A stretch of 55,934 nucleotides of DNA from Candidatus Aenigmatarchaeota archaeon (GCA_038997355.1 JAWBAC010000002.1:1-55934), one strand, 5' to 3'. Positions 1 to 9,517 are shown, numbered from the stretch's first letter. Notes: a model not told the origin generated them from the sequence alone. Numbers and translations are program-made.

Positions 1-178
1 TTCTGGCCTTTGCTCTAGCTATAGAAGCTGCAGCAACAAACAGACTATCTACCCAAGTTAATCTTTCCTCTGGATCTTTTGCTAACTCTAAAACATCTTT
101 TCTAAACAAAGTAGCAAAAAATAAGTAGTTCTGCAACTCTTCTATCTCTTTTTTACCTACAGGGTTTAAAGGTATCAT
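1..178 (-). CDS. Hypothetical protein, N-terminal fragment (continues past the left edge)
   Basis: Not in the ORF track because it is truncated. The minus-strand ATG at 176-178 overlaps the TGA of the upstream KaiC-like gene as ATGA. The frame stays open to position 1 ([58 protein letters not shown]...). No family recognised. Confidence 0.35.
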   Translation of the reverse strand, partial: MIPLNPVGKKEIEELQNYLFFATLFRKDVLELAKDPEERLTWVDSLFVAAASIARAKAR

Positions 179-897
179 AATTTAACTATTCTATCTTTAT
201 GAACTATTATTCCTTTGTCTGTTATTTCAAACTCATGCCTTTTCATAGAATGAGAAGTTCCTCTCATTTTCCAAATTATTAAAGATCTTTTCAGTTCGCC
301 ATTAATTTCATCTAAATCTAATCTAATTATTCCATCTACTCCATGTTCAACTCCAGGACCACCGAAACCTCTTTCTCCTACACTTATTTGGCTAACAAAA
401 ATGCTAGTAGTACCTAAACCAGCAAAAACTCTCTTCAAAGTTAATACTATTTTTCTGGCAACACTAGGCTTATCTATGTATAATGATGTAACACTATCAA
501 TAACAACTCTTTTAGCATTAACATTATTTACAGCTTCTCTTACAACATCTATAAACTCTCTTAAATCTGTCAAATCTTGTACTATATATTTTTCATATTC
601 TTTTGCTTTTCCAATTCCACTACTAAATGCATCTACCAAAGCAAACATGTTTTTCTCTTCATATGGTTTAACATTCCAACCAAATTGTAACATATTTTGT
701 CTAACTTGAGCTGGATGTTCTTCTAGTGCAACATATACACCATTTTCTTCCATCTGTAATCCATTCCATAAAAACTGCTGTGCAAAAATAGTTTTTCCAG
801 TACCTGGTCCGCCGCTTAATAAAACAACATTTCTTTCTGGAATTCCTCCATTTAACAAATCATCTAAACCAGGTATTCCAGTCTTTACTCTTCTCAT
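175..897 (-). CDS. KaiC/RadB-like RecA-superfamily ATPase (single-domain archaeal KaiC homolog)
   Basis: N-terminus [34 protein letters not shown] (Walker A). Walker B-like [10 protein letters not shown]. The length and layout are typical of archaeal KaiC-type ATPases. Confidence 0.85.
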   Translation of the reverse strand: MRRVKTGIPGLDDLLNGGIPERNVVLLSGGPGTGKTIFAQQFLWNGLQMEENGVYVALEEHPAQVRQNMLQFGWNVKPYEEKNMFALVDAFSSGIGKAKEYEKYIVQDLTDLREFIDVVREAVNNVNAKRVVIDSVTSLYIDKPSVARKIVLTLKRVFAGLGTTSIFVSQISVGERGFGGPGVEHGVDGIIRLDLDEINGELKRSLIIWKMRGTSHSMKRHEFEITDKGIIVHKDRIVKL

Positions 898-911
898 AAA
901 TTAAATATTGA

Positions 912-3641
912 TCAAAAATATAAACTCTTTGATTTTGCATTAGAAGAATAAAATACTATTTCTCCATTGCAAATATGACAAATACCATTTAATGTAGGTC
1001 TTCTATATACAGTAGAGCAGTTATTACAAATAAAGCCAATTAAATCTTCATACTTTATTTTATCTGCTATCCCTTTTGAAACTTGTTTTTCTTCGCTACC
1101 ATTACCATTTTTTATTGTATCTTTTATTAAAGAAAGTAAAGAAATTTGCCTGCTTCCTGTTATGAATTGAGAAGATGATATACCTATAACATTAAAAATT
1201 CTTTCTAGCGGAGGCAATAATTGATGATAAATATAATAATCTGCATCTATAGGTATTTTGTTTTTCTTAACGTATTCTGGAGTTTCTGCTCTTTCAACAA
1301 TTTTTTGTGGACCAGCAACTATTACATAACTTACTCTATCTCCAACTCCAGGAATATTTGTTTCGCCTCTTCTTATCATCTTTTTAACCAATTCTATGTG
1401 TGGTTGCTGTCCTTTGTATTTATCTAAGGGTCTAGAGATTGATTTTACAATTGCTAACTTTTCTACATCTATTTCATTGTTTTTCAACTTTCTAAAAATC
1501 TCTCTAACATATTCAAAAGCTTTTTTCTTATCTCCTTCTATCAACAAAATTTCTATTACTTTAGATAAAGTTTCTGTAACTAAATCACACCAATCTCTTC
1601 TAACAGTTTCTACTCCTTTCATAACTATTTTGCCTTTGTCATTCACATCTTCGAATAAGTATCCAACATATTTCTTTTTTGTTATGAATATTATTTTCTT
1701 CATCACACCTTCTATTTTCATCTTTATGTATTCTGGAGTTTTTGAATTTACATATTCTTCTACTTTTTTTCCTATTTCAAAAACTTTTTCAAAACTTTCT
1801 ACATTATTTCCAACTTTTATCATTACAGAATCAGTATCTCCATAAACAACTTCGTAACCAAGCTCTTTTTCTACAATATCTTTTACTCTTGTTATCCAAA
1901 ATCTACCATAAGCAGTTATAGTATTAGCTATGTCAGAAACAAAAAATCTAGCCCTTATATATCCGCTATATCCATAAAATGCGTTTGCTAAAAGCTTTAG
2001 TGCTAGCTGTTTTGCATCCAACAAATTTTTCTTTATTGGATCTTGCTCTTTTTTCATTAAACTTTTTACTTTATCTCTTTCTTCAATCAATCTCTTTAAA
2101 ACTCTTGGAAAAATTCCTTCTCTTACATTTTTAGAAACAAAATAAGTTTTAATTGGAGATTCTATAATTTCTAAACCTTCTACTTTATTTTTTAAATATG
2201 TTGTAGGACAAATATTATATTGAATTATTAAACTAGGATATAGCGACTTAAAATCTAAATAAACAACGTTTTCATGCAAACCTGTTTTGGGTTCTAATAC
2301 TATTGCTCCTTTTACTTCCTCTTTTTCTCTTTCTTTTAATTCTTTTTTGCTTGGTTTGTTAGGTATAACTATATCTTCTTTATTAAACTCTCTTAATAAG
2401 AATTGCTCTATTCTCGATGATTCACTCCCACCTAAAGAATCTTGCAATAGTAAACCACTTAATCTAGAAATTTCTATGTATTGAGAAATAAAATCTCTAC
2501 TCAGCATTATTTCTAAAACTAATTCTGCATCGGTTTTTGCATATTTTATCAATCTTAACAAATCTTCCTTATTTCCTTTCCACAATTTTATTATTTCACT
2601 TTTATCGACATCCTCCTTAGTCTTACCTATAAGAATTTGAGAAATATCTCCCAAACCTAATCTTTTTGTTTTTAACATACCTTTCTTAGAAAACTCTTTA
2701 AGTATTTCATAGAAATCTATTATTACTCTTCCAACAATAGAGTTTTTATATCTTTCTTCTCCAACTTTAGAAACTTTTGCAGATTTTTTTGCTCTACCTA
2801 AGTATGGTTTTATTTTGTTAATTCTACATCTCTCTACAATATAAGGAATATCGAAATTGTTAATGTTATATCCTATCAAAAAATCAGGATCAAACTTCTT
2901 TACTATTTCTAAAAACTTTTTTAACATTTCCGCTTCGCTATCAAAACTTAATATATAATCATATTCTTTCTCAAAATCAACTTTTTTTGATAATAAAACT
3001 AGGTTTTTCTTTCCTTCGAACTCTGGATAAAAAGCCAAAGAAATTATTGATATTGGATGTGTCTTTACGTCAGGAATTCCTGTTTCATTTGCAACCTCTA
3101 TATCAAAAGAGAGTATTTTAAAGTTAGGTAACTTATTTTCATCGATTTCTTCAAATTTAGTTGCTTCAAATTTTAAATCAGTGAAAACTGTTTTGGTATG
3201 ATTAACAAATTCTCCTTCTGCAACATACCATTTACATCCAGCGAGATTATTATCTGCCATGAATCTATACTTGAAAAGTATATCAGCTTCGAATGTTTTT
3301 TCAACAAAATCTTGAGAATGTAAATCTTCTCTAATTAATGGAACTTTTGAGGGATTTTTAAGAGTTATTTTATAGAGTTTTGTTTTTTCTTTTTGATATC
3401 CAATGGGCAAAAACTTTTCTACTTTCTCAACTTTTACTATTAAATTTTTATATTTTTTCTCTAGCAAATCTAAAAATTTTTCTTCACTATTATCTTTTAT
3501 TTTGACATAAAAATAAGGAAAAAAGTTTCTGACAAAAATCGTAATAGAATTATTAGAATCTGTTTTTCCATAAATTCTTATTAAAGGTACGTCATCTACA
3601 ATATCATAATCTACATCCAATAAGAAAAAACTAACTTTCAT
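912..3641 (-). CDS. polB: Family-B DNA polymerase (PolB-1) with an extra C-terminal zinc-ribbon tail
   Basis: Exo I SFDIEV, Exo II GYNINNFDIPYI, Exo III YAKTDAELV. Pol A DFKSLYPSLII, Pol B KLLANAFYGYSGY, Pol C YGDTDS. After the usual C-terminal region (SRQISLLSLIKD) there are 68 more residues, including CNNC-x12-CHIC (nt 969-1028). Confidence 0.95.
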   Translation of the reverse strand: MKVSFFLLDVDYDIVDDVPLIRIYGKTDSNNSITIFVRNFFPYFYVKIKDNSEEKFLDLLEKKYKNLIVKVEKVEKFLPIGYQKEKTKLYKITLKNPSKVPLIREDLHSQDFVEKTFEADILFKYRFMADNNLAGCKWYVAEGEFVNHTKTVFTDLKFEATKFEEIDENKLPNFKILSFDIEVANETGIPDVKTHPISIISLAFYPEFEGKKNLVLLSKKVDFEKEYDYILSFDSEAEMLKKFLEIVKKFDPDFLIGYNINNFDIPYIVERCRINKIKPYLGRAKKSAKVSKVGEERYKNSIVGRVIIDFYEILKEFSKKGMLKTKRLGLGDISQILIGKTKEDVDKSEIIKLWKGNKEDLLRLIKYAKTDAELVLEIMLSRDFISQYIEISRLSGLLLQDSLGGSESSRIEQFLLREFNKEDIVIPNKPSKKELKEREKEEVKGAIVLEPKTGLHENVVYLDFKSLYPSLIIQYNICPTTYLKNKVEGLEIIESPIKTYFVSKNVREGIFPRVLKRLIEERDKVKSLMKKEQDPIKKNLLDAKQLALKLLANAFYGYSGYIRARFFVSDIANTITAYGRFWITRVKDIVEKELGYEVVYGDTDSVMIKVGNNVESFEKVFEIGKKVEEYVNSKTPEYIKMKIEGVMKKIIFITKKKYVGYLFEDVNDKGKIVMKGVETVRRDWCDLVTETLSKVIEILLIEGDKKKAFEYVREIFRKLKNNEIDVEKLAIVKSISRPLDKYKGQQPHIELVKKMIRRGETNIPGVGDRVSYVIVAGPQKIVERAETPEYVKKNKIPIDADYYIYHQLLPPLERIFNVIGISSSQFITGSRQISLLSLIKDTIKNGNGSEEKQVSKGIADKIKYEDLIGFICNNCSTVYRRPTLNGICHICNGEIVFYSSNAKSKSLYF

Positions 3642-3673
3642 GATTTAAAATAATAAGCATCGATATATATGGC

Positions 3674-4684
3674 TTACTCTACTAAATTGTATATTTTTCT
3701 TTCCTTTAAATCCAATAAACATCCTTTAATATTGGAAGTTATTTCTGCAACAATAGGATTTGATTCAGATATCATAGCTTCTTTATTTTGCGAATTATAA
3801 AGTATAAAAACATTTGGTAATTGAAAAATTAATGCCAAATCTTCCTTATATTTCACAAACTCTTCAAATTTTGGTGTTACTAGTCTTGTCTTTAAAAAGA
3901 AATCTAGATCGAAATTTACTTTACTTACATCTATCGCAACAAAGAAAAAGTTTTCTATGTAAAACTTATGAATGTAAACTTTTTTATCTAAATAAACATT
4001 GTTTCCATCTATCTTATTTTCATCAGCTAAATATATGTTTATATCAGTTTGAAAATTATTACTTAGTTTTTCATAAAAAAATCCTATTTTTAATTCTAAC
4101 TGCGAATTTTGAGTAGATATTTTTTCAAGCTCTTTTTGTTTAAATTCGGGAAAAATTATATCTTCACAAACTATCTTAGAATCTTCAAAAAAACATTTTA
4201 CTCCAATTACAACATCTTCCTTCAAATATTTTAAATGTTTTTTAGCTTTTTCAGATAGAATTAATTCTACTTTTGACGACAAATCTTCTATCACAACTTT
4301 CTCGTCACTAACAGAATACACAATTCCTATTACTGAAAATGATTTAAACCTTTTAGATATCTTGTTTATAGAAATTGGATTGAAAAAAATAATATCGTTT
4401 TTTATTATTTCAGAAAGTTTTTCATATCTTTTTTTAAGCAGTTCTATGTAATCTATTATTTTTATTTCGTTGTATAAAGTCGGAAAAGACATAGAAATTT
4501 TAAAACTTTTCCTTTTTCTTTCTTTTAGAATTTTTTCTATATAATCCTTCTCTAGTACTTTTGGCTCTTGAACTTTTGGTAAAATTTCGAGAAGAAGTTT
4601 AAAATCTTCATCACTTAACGATGAAATATATTCAACATCTCTAACCAAATATCCTTTTTTTAAAAGTTCTAGTATTCTATTCAT
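3674..4684 (-). CDS. DNA polymerase B-subunit / PolD-DP1-like protein with a truncated, apparently inactivated phosphodiesterase domain
   Basis: The N-terminal helical segment (MNRILELLKKGYLVRDVEYISSLSDEDFKLLLEIL) resembles DP1 N-termini. The OB-fold segment is FSVIGIVYSVSDEKVVIEDLSSKVELIL...EDVVIGVKCFFEDSKIVCEDIIFPE. The C-terminal ~150 aa resemble the distal half of the calcineurin-like PDE fold (FLKTRLVTP, DLALIFQLPNVFILYNS). The DxH, GDxxDG and GNHD metal-binding motifs are missing. Assigned by eye, not by search. Confidence 0.5.
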   Translation of the reverse strand: MNRILELLKKGYLVRDVEYISSLSDEDFKLLLEILPKVQEPKVLEKDYIEKILKERKRKSFKISMSFPTLYNEIKIIDYIELLKKRYEKLSEIIKNDIIFFNPISINKISKRFKSFSVIGIVYSVSDEKVVIEDLSSKVELILSEKAKKHLKYLKEDVVIGVKCFFEDSKIVCEDIIFPEFKQKELEKISTQNSQLELKIGFFYEKLSNNFQTDINIYLADENKIDGNNVYLDKKVYIHKFYIENFFFVAIDVSKVNFDLDFFLKTRLVTPKFEEFVKYKEDLALIFQLPNVFILYNSQNKEAMISESNPIVAEITSNIKGCLLDLKERKIYNLVE

Positions 4685-4688
4685 TTAA

Positions 4689-4955
4689 TTACCTTTTAGT
4701 AGTTTCCAAATAATACAAAGTTATACCTTTTTCATTAGCTTTTTTTGAGTGTGGAGTCTCCATTTTTTTAACTCTATCTAGTCTAACAAGCTCTTCTAAA
4801 TATTTTTTTGTTGTATTCCAACTAATCTTTTTGTTTAACCTTTCAGAAATAAACATTGTAATCTTTCTAACATTAGAAGGATATGGATGTAGAGAAAAGT
4901 ATTCTTCGATCAGGCTATAAATTTTAAATCTTAGTGAAGGTCTTCCCCTTTTCAT
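4689..4955 (-). CDS. Small winged-helix DNA-binding protein
   Basis: 88 aa. A helix-turn-helix-wing pattern (NVRKITMFISERL...SWNTTKKYLEELVRLDRVKK...GITLYYL). It is the first gene of the apparent wHTH/B-subunit-like/PolB-1 operon and ends 4 nt before the next gene. Confidence 0.55.
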   Translation of the reverse strand: MKRGRPSLRFKIYSLIEEYFSLHPYPSNVRKITMFISERLNKKISWNTTKKYLEELVRLDRVKKMETPHSKKANEKGITLYYLETTKR

Positions 4956-5187
4956 AATAGTATTTTTTATAAACTTTCATAATATAGTTTGTGGAAGTAT
5001 ATAATAACTAAAATTAAAATAATTTGCAAAATTATTTCAGTTTCTAAAAGTTTTTATCTTAAAAATTAAAAATATAACACAGTTATAAAATTTATTAAAA
5101 ATAATTGAAAATTTTTTAATTCGCAATAAAAACAGATACACAATTTTTATTTGTTGTTAAAATGATTACACTACACAAAAAACCATT

Positions 5188-5334
5188 TGACAATTCATAA
5201 ATAATATTTGAGTGTTCATACTAAATATTTGAAAATTCATAAAAAATGTAGGAAATTTCATAAAAAAAGTCGGAAAATTCACAAAAAATATTTGAATGTT
5301 CATAAAAAATATCAGAAAGTTTTCAGAAATTGTA
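5188..5334. repeat. Tandem 21-bp iteron-like repeat array (6 good units plus 1 degenerate)
   Basis: Units: tgacaattcataaataatatt (5188), tgagtgttcatactaaatatt (5209), tgaaaattcataaaaaatgta (5230), ggaaatttcataaaaaaagtc (5251), ggaaaattcacaaaaaatatt (5272), tgaatgttcataaaaaatatc (5293), agaaagttttcagaaattgta (5314). The TTCAT core starts at 5194, 5215, 5236, 5257, 5278 and 5299, exactly 21 bp apart. Confidence 0.9.
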
Positions 5335-5350
5335 AGATAGTTGAAAAACA

Positions 5351-5362
5351 ATTTTTTATGAA
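5351..5362. repeat. Inverted copy of the iteron core
   Basis: attttttatgaa is the exact reverse complement of the 12-nt core TTCATAAAAAAT found in the units at 5236 and 5299. Confidence 0.75.
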
Positions 5363-5403
5363 AAATTTCAAATTTTTTACTTCGATAAAATAAAAACTAA
5401 CTG

Positions 5404-5676
5404 CTAGTAAAACTCTCTTATAAAATCTTTTATAAATTCAATTAGTTTCTCTCCTTTTTTTGTTAATCGAATTACTTTGTTTCTTCCATGTTTTTCAAAT
5501 TCTATAATATCCATCTCATATAACAATTTTAACATGTTTAAAGTATGTGAATAAGTTGTTTGAGTTTTTCTGTATATTTGTGTTATGTTTTTTTCTTTCA
5601 AATCGGCTAGTGATAACAATAATTTGAATGGTTTTTCTTTAAACAAAAAATCAATGATAGATTTTTTACTCGGCAT
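5404..5676 (-). CDS. ArsR/MarR-like winged-helix transcriptional regulator
   Basis: 90 aa. LLLSLADLKEKNITQIYRKTQTTYSHTLNMLKLLYEMDIIEFEKHGRNKVIRLTKKG is a classic wHTH layout. It overlaps the Bud32 3' end by 11 nt. Confidence 0.6.
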   Translation of the reverse strand: MPSKKSIIDFLFKEKPFKLLLSLADLKEKNITQIYRKTQTTYSHTLNMLKLLYEMDIIEFEKHGRNKVIRLTKKGEKLIEFIKDFIREFY

Positions 5677-6271
5677 TTTTTATTGTATATCTACCTCTTT
5701 GTAGTATTTTATTCATTCTTTCTACAACCTTTTCTCCTTCAGAATAAAATTCTTTATAACTTTCGAAGAAAATTTTTATAAATTCTTCTGCAAAAGTTGA
5801 AAAAGAGGATTTAACTGAATAAACTAAAGTTAATAAATCTTCAGCTTTTTTCTCTAAAGAAGTAGTAAATTCTCCAAGTCCAAAATCTATGAGCCAGATT
5901 TTATTTTCTTTGTCTATAATTAAGTTTGAAAGAGTTAAATCACCATGAACGATATTATTTTTGTGCAAAATTCCGATAATTTTTCCTAATTCAGTGGCAA
6001 TTTCCTTATAATTGTTTTCATTTAGAAACTCTTTAAGTTTTTTACCATCTACGAATTCCATAGAAAACCAAAAATCATTTTCTTCTAAAACTCTTGGCAC
6101 GTTTATTCCAATTCTTCTTACCTCTTTTAGTAATTTAATTTCTTTTTTGTTTCTTTCTCTTCTGATTTTCTCATCTAACTCTTTTAATCTATAAGATTTT
6201 TCAATCCTTTTCTTAATTATTTTTTCATCAATTTTTTCTATTATTGCTTCTGCACCTTGATAAATTATCAT
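5666..6271 (-). CDS. bud32: Bud32-type atypical protein kinase (KEOPS subunit)
   Basis: ~200 aa. GAEAII, catalytic loop IVHGDLTLSNLII, then WLIDFGLGEF. The small size is typical of archaeal Bud32. Confidence 0.85.
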   Translation of the reverse strand: MIIYQGAEAIIEKIDEKIIKKRIEKSYRLKELDEKIRRERNKKEIKLLKEVRRIGINVPRVLEENDFWFSMEFVDGKKLKEFLNENNYKEIATELGKIIGILHKNNIVHGDLTLSNLIIDKENKIWLIDFGLGEFTTSLEKKAEDLLTLVYSVKSSFSTFAEEFIKIFFESYKEFYSEGEKVVERMNKILQRGRYTIKNAE

Positions 6272-7221
6272 TATTTTTCTTCGTGATCTTCAATACCTTT
6301 TTCTGTAATTTTAAATACAACTTCTCTCTCAGGCAAATTTGGTGCATCTATTAATCTAGCAATTCTTAAATTACCTTTCGATTTTCTAAGATAAATTCTG
6401 TAAAAACTTATATGTGCTAATACATGCCCTCCAACAGGCTGAGTAGGATCCCCAAAAATAACATCAGGCCTTGCCATAACTTGATTAGTAATATAAACAG
6501 CTAAATTAAATGCATCAGCCAATCTTTGAAGTTGATGTAAATGTTTATTTAATTTTTGTTGTCTTTCAGCTAATTCTCCTCTACCTATATAATCAACTCT
6601 AAAATGCGATGTTATAGAATCAACAACTATTAAGCCAATGTTTTTTTCTTTTATTAGATCCACCGCTTTTTCAACCAACAGAATTTGATGATCGCTATTA
6701 TAAGCTCTTGCAACATAAATGTTTTTCAATATTTTATCAGCATCTAACCCTCTATTCTTTGCAATTTCAGCTATTCTTTCTGGACTAAATGTTCCTTCAC
6801 TATCTATAAATAAACAACCTCTTCCTAAACCACCTTGATCCTCTGGCAATTGAACATTAATAGCTAGTTGAAATGCTAGTTGTGTTTTTCCACTTCCAAA
6901 CATACCAAAGGCTTCTGTTATTGCTTGTGTAGGTATTCCGCCACCAAGCAAATCGTCCAAAGCTTTTGAGCCAGTAGTTATTTTTTTCATTTTTAATCTT
7001 CTTTCGAGAACTTTATCAGCAGTTTCAACTTTTATTCCTAAAGCATCTCTAACATTTTCGATAATTTTTCTTGCTTGTTCTTCACTCATTTCAAGTAATG
7101 CAGCCAACTCAGAAGGATTGCTAGTTGCAATAATCATAGGATCTTTAATTCCTAATTCCTCTAATTTTTTAAGAGTTTTTGGTCCGATACCTTTAATGTC
7201 TTTTAAGTTTATCTCTTCCAT
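6271..7221 (-). CDS. radA: DNA repair and recombination protein RadA
   Basis: N-terminal HhH ([20 protein letters not shown]). Walker [10 protein letters not shown]. Walker [20 protein letters not shown]. Full-length archaeal RadA architecture. Confidence 0.97.
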   Translation of the reverse strand: MEEINLKDIKGIGPKTLKKLEELGIKDPMIIATSNPSELAALLEMSEEQARKIIENVRDALGIKVETADKVLERRLKMKKITTGSKALDDLLGGGIPTQAITEAFGMFGSGKTQLAFQLAINVQLPEDQGGLGRGCLFIDSEGTFSPERIAEIAKNRGLDADKILKNIYVARAYNSDHQILLVEKAVDLIKEKNIGLIVVDSITSHFRVDYIGRGELAERQQKLNKHLHQLQRLADAFNLAVYITNQVMARPDVIFGDPTQPVGGHVLAHISFYRIYLRKSKGNLRIARLIDAPNLPEREVVFKITEKGIEDHEEK

Positions 7222-7237
7222 AACATTATTTACATTC

Positions 7238-8239
7238 CTATGTTTTTATTTTTTCAAATAGATATTCTATTTCTTTCTCTAAATTAACGTTTTCGACTTC
7301 GTTTATCACAAACTCAATTGTATTTAAGAATTTATTTTTTCTTGCTCTTCCTTTTATCATTAGCATTTTTCCAACTAACAATTGATTAAGATATTCTTTT
7401 AAGTTATCGATTTTTTCTAAAACGTCAACTTTACTTTCTACAATTTTTTCTGCCGTTTCTCTAAAAGCAACAGCAAGAAAATTATGAGAGAATGTATTGA
7501 TTTCCAATCTTAAGTATAAAGAATTTTTAGGTTCTATTTCGCCATGAATATCACATATAAATTTTTCTTCTTTCTTTCTAACTTTATTAGAACATATAGG
7601 ACAAACTTTAAAGAAAAAGTTTTTACCAAAAACTTTAGTTATGATTCCAACAGTTTCATAATAACCAATAGAATTTAGTGGTCCTTCTAATTTTCTGTAT
7701 TTATCTTTTGTAAACTTTTCTATTAAAGAATCTATGCTTGGTAAATCATCTCTTTCATCAAATTCGATAGTAGTGTTTTTATCTACAACAACATCAATTT
7801 CACCAAAAATGTTTTCTCTTGTTCGAGCATTATAAATTTTAAGAATGTCGCCTTCTTTTATTTTCATTTCTTCTGCTTCTTGTGCATATTCATTCCAGAA
7901 AACTAATCTTGCATAATCTGTATCATCAGCTACTAGAAAAACTTTTAATAAACCTTTTTCTTTGTTTTTTCTTTCAAATTCTTTAAGAGGGAAACTCTTA
8001 AAAACTTTAACTCTTACATTAACATTTCTTACTCCGCTAACTAATTCACTAAGAGGAGTAAAAGTTTTTATGTTTCTTATATCTATCCCATAATCTCTAG
8101 CAACTAAAATTGCTGCACCTTCCTCGCTTATTAAACCACTAAACTCAAATAGTTTTTGCTTAATTTCTTCTCTTATTTTTTCTTCCGGAACTTTAAATTT
8201 TTCTTTTATTAATTTAATTATTTCTTCAACCTTTCCCAT
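7238..8239 (-). CDS. rpa: Replication protein A large-subunit-like ssDNA-binding protein (OB fold plus zinc ribbon)
   Basis: N-terminal segment [19 protein letters not shown] is typical of euryarchaeal-type RPA. OB-fold block [14 protein letters not shown]...LVFWNEYA...GDILKIYNA. Zinc element CPICSNKV...CDIHG. Confidence 0.8.
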   Translation of the reverse strand: MGKVEEIIKLIKEKFKVPEEKIREEIKQKLFEFSGLISEEGAAILVARDYGIDIRNIKTFTPLSELVSGVRNVNVRVKVFKSFPLKEFERKNKEKGLLKVFLVADDTDYARLVFWNEYAQEAEEMKIKEGDILKIYNARTRENIFGEIDVVVDKNTTIEFDERDDLPSIDSLIEKFTKDKYRKLEGPLNSIGYYETVGIITKVFGKNFFFKVCPICSNKVRKKEEKFICDIHGEIEPKNSLYLRLEINTFSHNFLAVAFRETAEKIVESKVDVLEKIDNLKEYLNQLLVGKMLMIKGRARKNKFLNTIEFVINEVENVNLEKEIEYLFEKIKT

Positions 8240-9278
8240 AATTAGTGAGCGATTTATATAATTTTAGATATTCTTCAATAGCTTTATCCCAGTCAAATTT
8301 TGTTAATTTCTTCTTTCTTTCTTTTAGCAATCTTTTATAAACTTTTTTGTTTTTCCAAATCTTTAATATTTTGTTTATAGCATCGTTAATATCTTCACAC
8401 TCTATACTTAATTCTTTAACTTCTTTCGGAATATCAGAGAATTTGAATGTTATTGGTAATGTATTACAACTTAATGCTTCTATTATTGGAAGTCCAAAAC
8501 CTTCTACAATCGAAGGAAATATTAAAAAATGTGATTTAGAATAAATTTCAACAAGTTTGTCATCGTTTACTCTATCTAGAATAATAATATCCTTTTCATT
8601 TTTCAAGTGACTTAAATCAAAATTAACATAATAGACAGATTTTAATTTCCCCCCTATAATGAAGAGTTTGCAGTTAACTTTTTTTCTTAGCTCTCTAAAC
8701 AATTTTATTGCTATGTCTACTCTTTTTCTATAAGAATAGTTACCCACAAAGCATAAAGTAAGAACTTTTTCTTTTTTTGTTTTTTGTCTAAACTTTTTTC
8801 TATCTATTCCTTCTAATATAACTTTCACATCTTTTCTTTTTAAAACTTTTTCGATATGTTCTTTTGTAAGAGAACTATTAGCCACTATGATTTTTGCCCT
8901 AGCAGCAACTTTCCAAATAATGTATGAAAGTAAATAAACCAGAAAACCAACTTTAAACTTTAGTTTTTTCCAATATAGTATTGGGAATAAATCGTGAAAT
9001 GTTACTATAGTTTTTTTTCTATAGAACAAAGCAGCTAAAAAACCAAGTTCTGGTGATATTGCATGTATAATATCTGCTTGTTTACCTTTTATTATTGCAG
9101 ATAAATTAGAATAAAGAAGACTATGTAAAAAACCTAACAATCCTTTATGAAATTTTCTTCTAAATACTAACTCTATTTCAAACTCGTTTTTTAATTTTGT
9201 ATATAACTCATATGCATATCTTGCTAAACCTTTTGTTTCTTTTATTGAAAATTCCGGCGAAATTAACAAAACTTTCAT
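8226..9278 (-). CDS. GT-B (family 4-like) glycosyltransferase
   Basis: The C-terminal signature PSIVEGFGLPIIEALSCNTLPI (the E-x7-E region) and overall ~350-aa two-Rossmann layout. Confidence 0.85.
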   Translation of the reverse strand: MKVLLISPEFSIKETKGLARYAYELYTKLKNEFEIELVFRRKFHKGLLGFLHSLLYSNLSAIIKGKQADIIHAISPELGFLAALFYRKKTIVTFHDLFPILYWKKLKFKVGFLVYLLSYIIWKVAARAKIIVANSSLTKEHIEKVLKRKDVKVILEGIDRKKFRQKTKKEKVLTLCFVGNYSYRKRVDIAIKLFRELRKKVNCKLFIIGGKLKSVYYVNFDLSHLKNEKDIIILDRVNDDKLVEIYSKSHFLIFPSIVEGFGLPIIEALSCNTLPITFKFSDIPKEVKELSIECEDINDAINKILKIWKNKKVYKRLLKERKKKLTKFDWDKAIEEYLKLYKSLTNYGKG

Positions 9279-9493
9279 TCTAAATTCAATTTTTTAATAG
9301 CAAGTTTTATGTCTTCTTTAAATATTGTATTTCTTTTTGAATGCTTAGCGATTTCATTAGCAACTTTTAGTATGTTGCTAACTTTTTCTTGTAATATTTC
9401 AGAAAGTTCTTTAGCTGCTTCGTATGAAATTCTTTCTATTCCAAACTCTTTTGAAAATTTTTTAAAATAATTGGTGCTAAATATTTTTTTCAT
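9275..9493 (-). CDS. Archaeal histone (HMf-type histone fold)
   Basis: GIERISYEAAKELSEILQEKVSNILKVANEIAKHSKRNTIFKEDIKLAIKKL is a histone fold. The track ORF extends to 9547, but a TATA element sits inside that extension. I therefore prefer the ATG at 9493 (MKKIFST...), which gives 72 aa. Confidence 0.8.
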   Translation of the reverse strand: MKKIFSTNYFKKFSKEFGIERISYEAAKELSEILQEKVSNILKVANEIAKHSKRNTIFKEDIKLAIKKLNLE

Positions 9494-9517
9494 AATATCT
9501 ACATTTTTTTGAAGAAA

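Noticed and set aside
912-3641. The extra length of PolB-1 (909 versus 815 aa) might be due to an intein or a split-gene junction, as in some Nanoarchaeota.
   Set aside because: The polymerase motifs are contiguous and normally spaced, and I saw no intein splice-junction blocks. The extra length is accounted for by N-terminal/exonuclease-region differences and the C-terminal zinc tail.
4956-5187. Short A/T palindromes in the AT-rich stretch (for example around 5094-5122, TTAAAAATAATTGAAAATTTTTTAA).
   Set aside because: At this base composition such partial palindromes are expected by chance. Only the phased 21-bp array and its exact inverted core stand out.
5166-5393. Two overlapping 61-aa ORFs on opposite strands (5166-5351 minus, 5208-5393 plus) with internally repetitive peptides (FFMNFQIF..., HKKYLK...).
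   Set aside because: Their periodic peptide sequence is just the translation of the 21-bp DNA repeat, where 21 bp equals 7 codons. They occupy both strands of the same repeat and have no protein-like features. I treat the region as non-coding.
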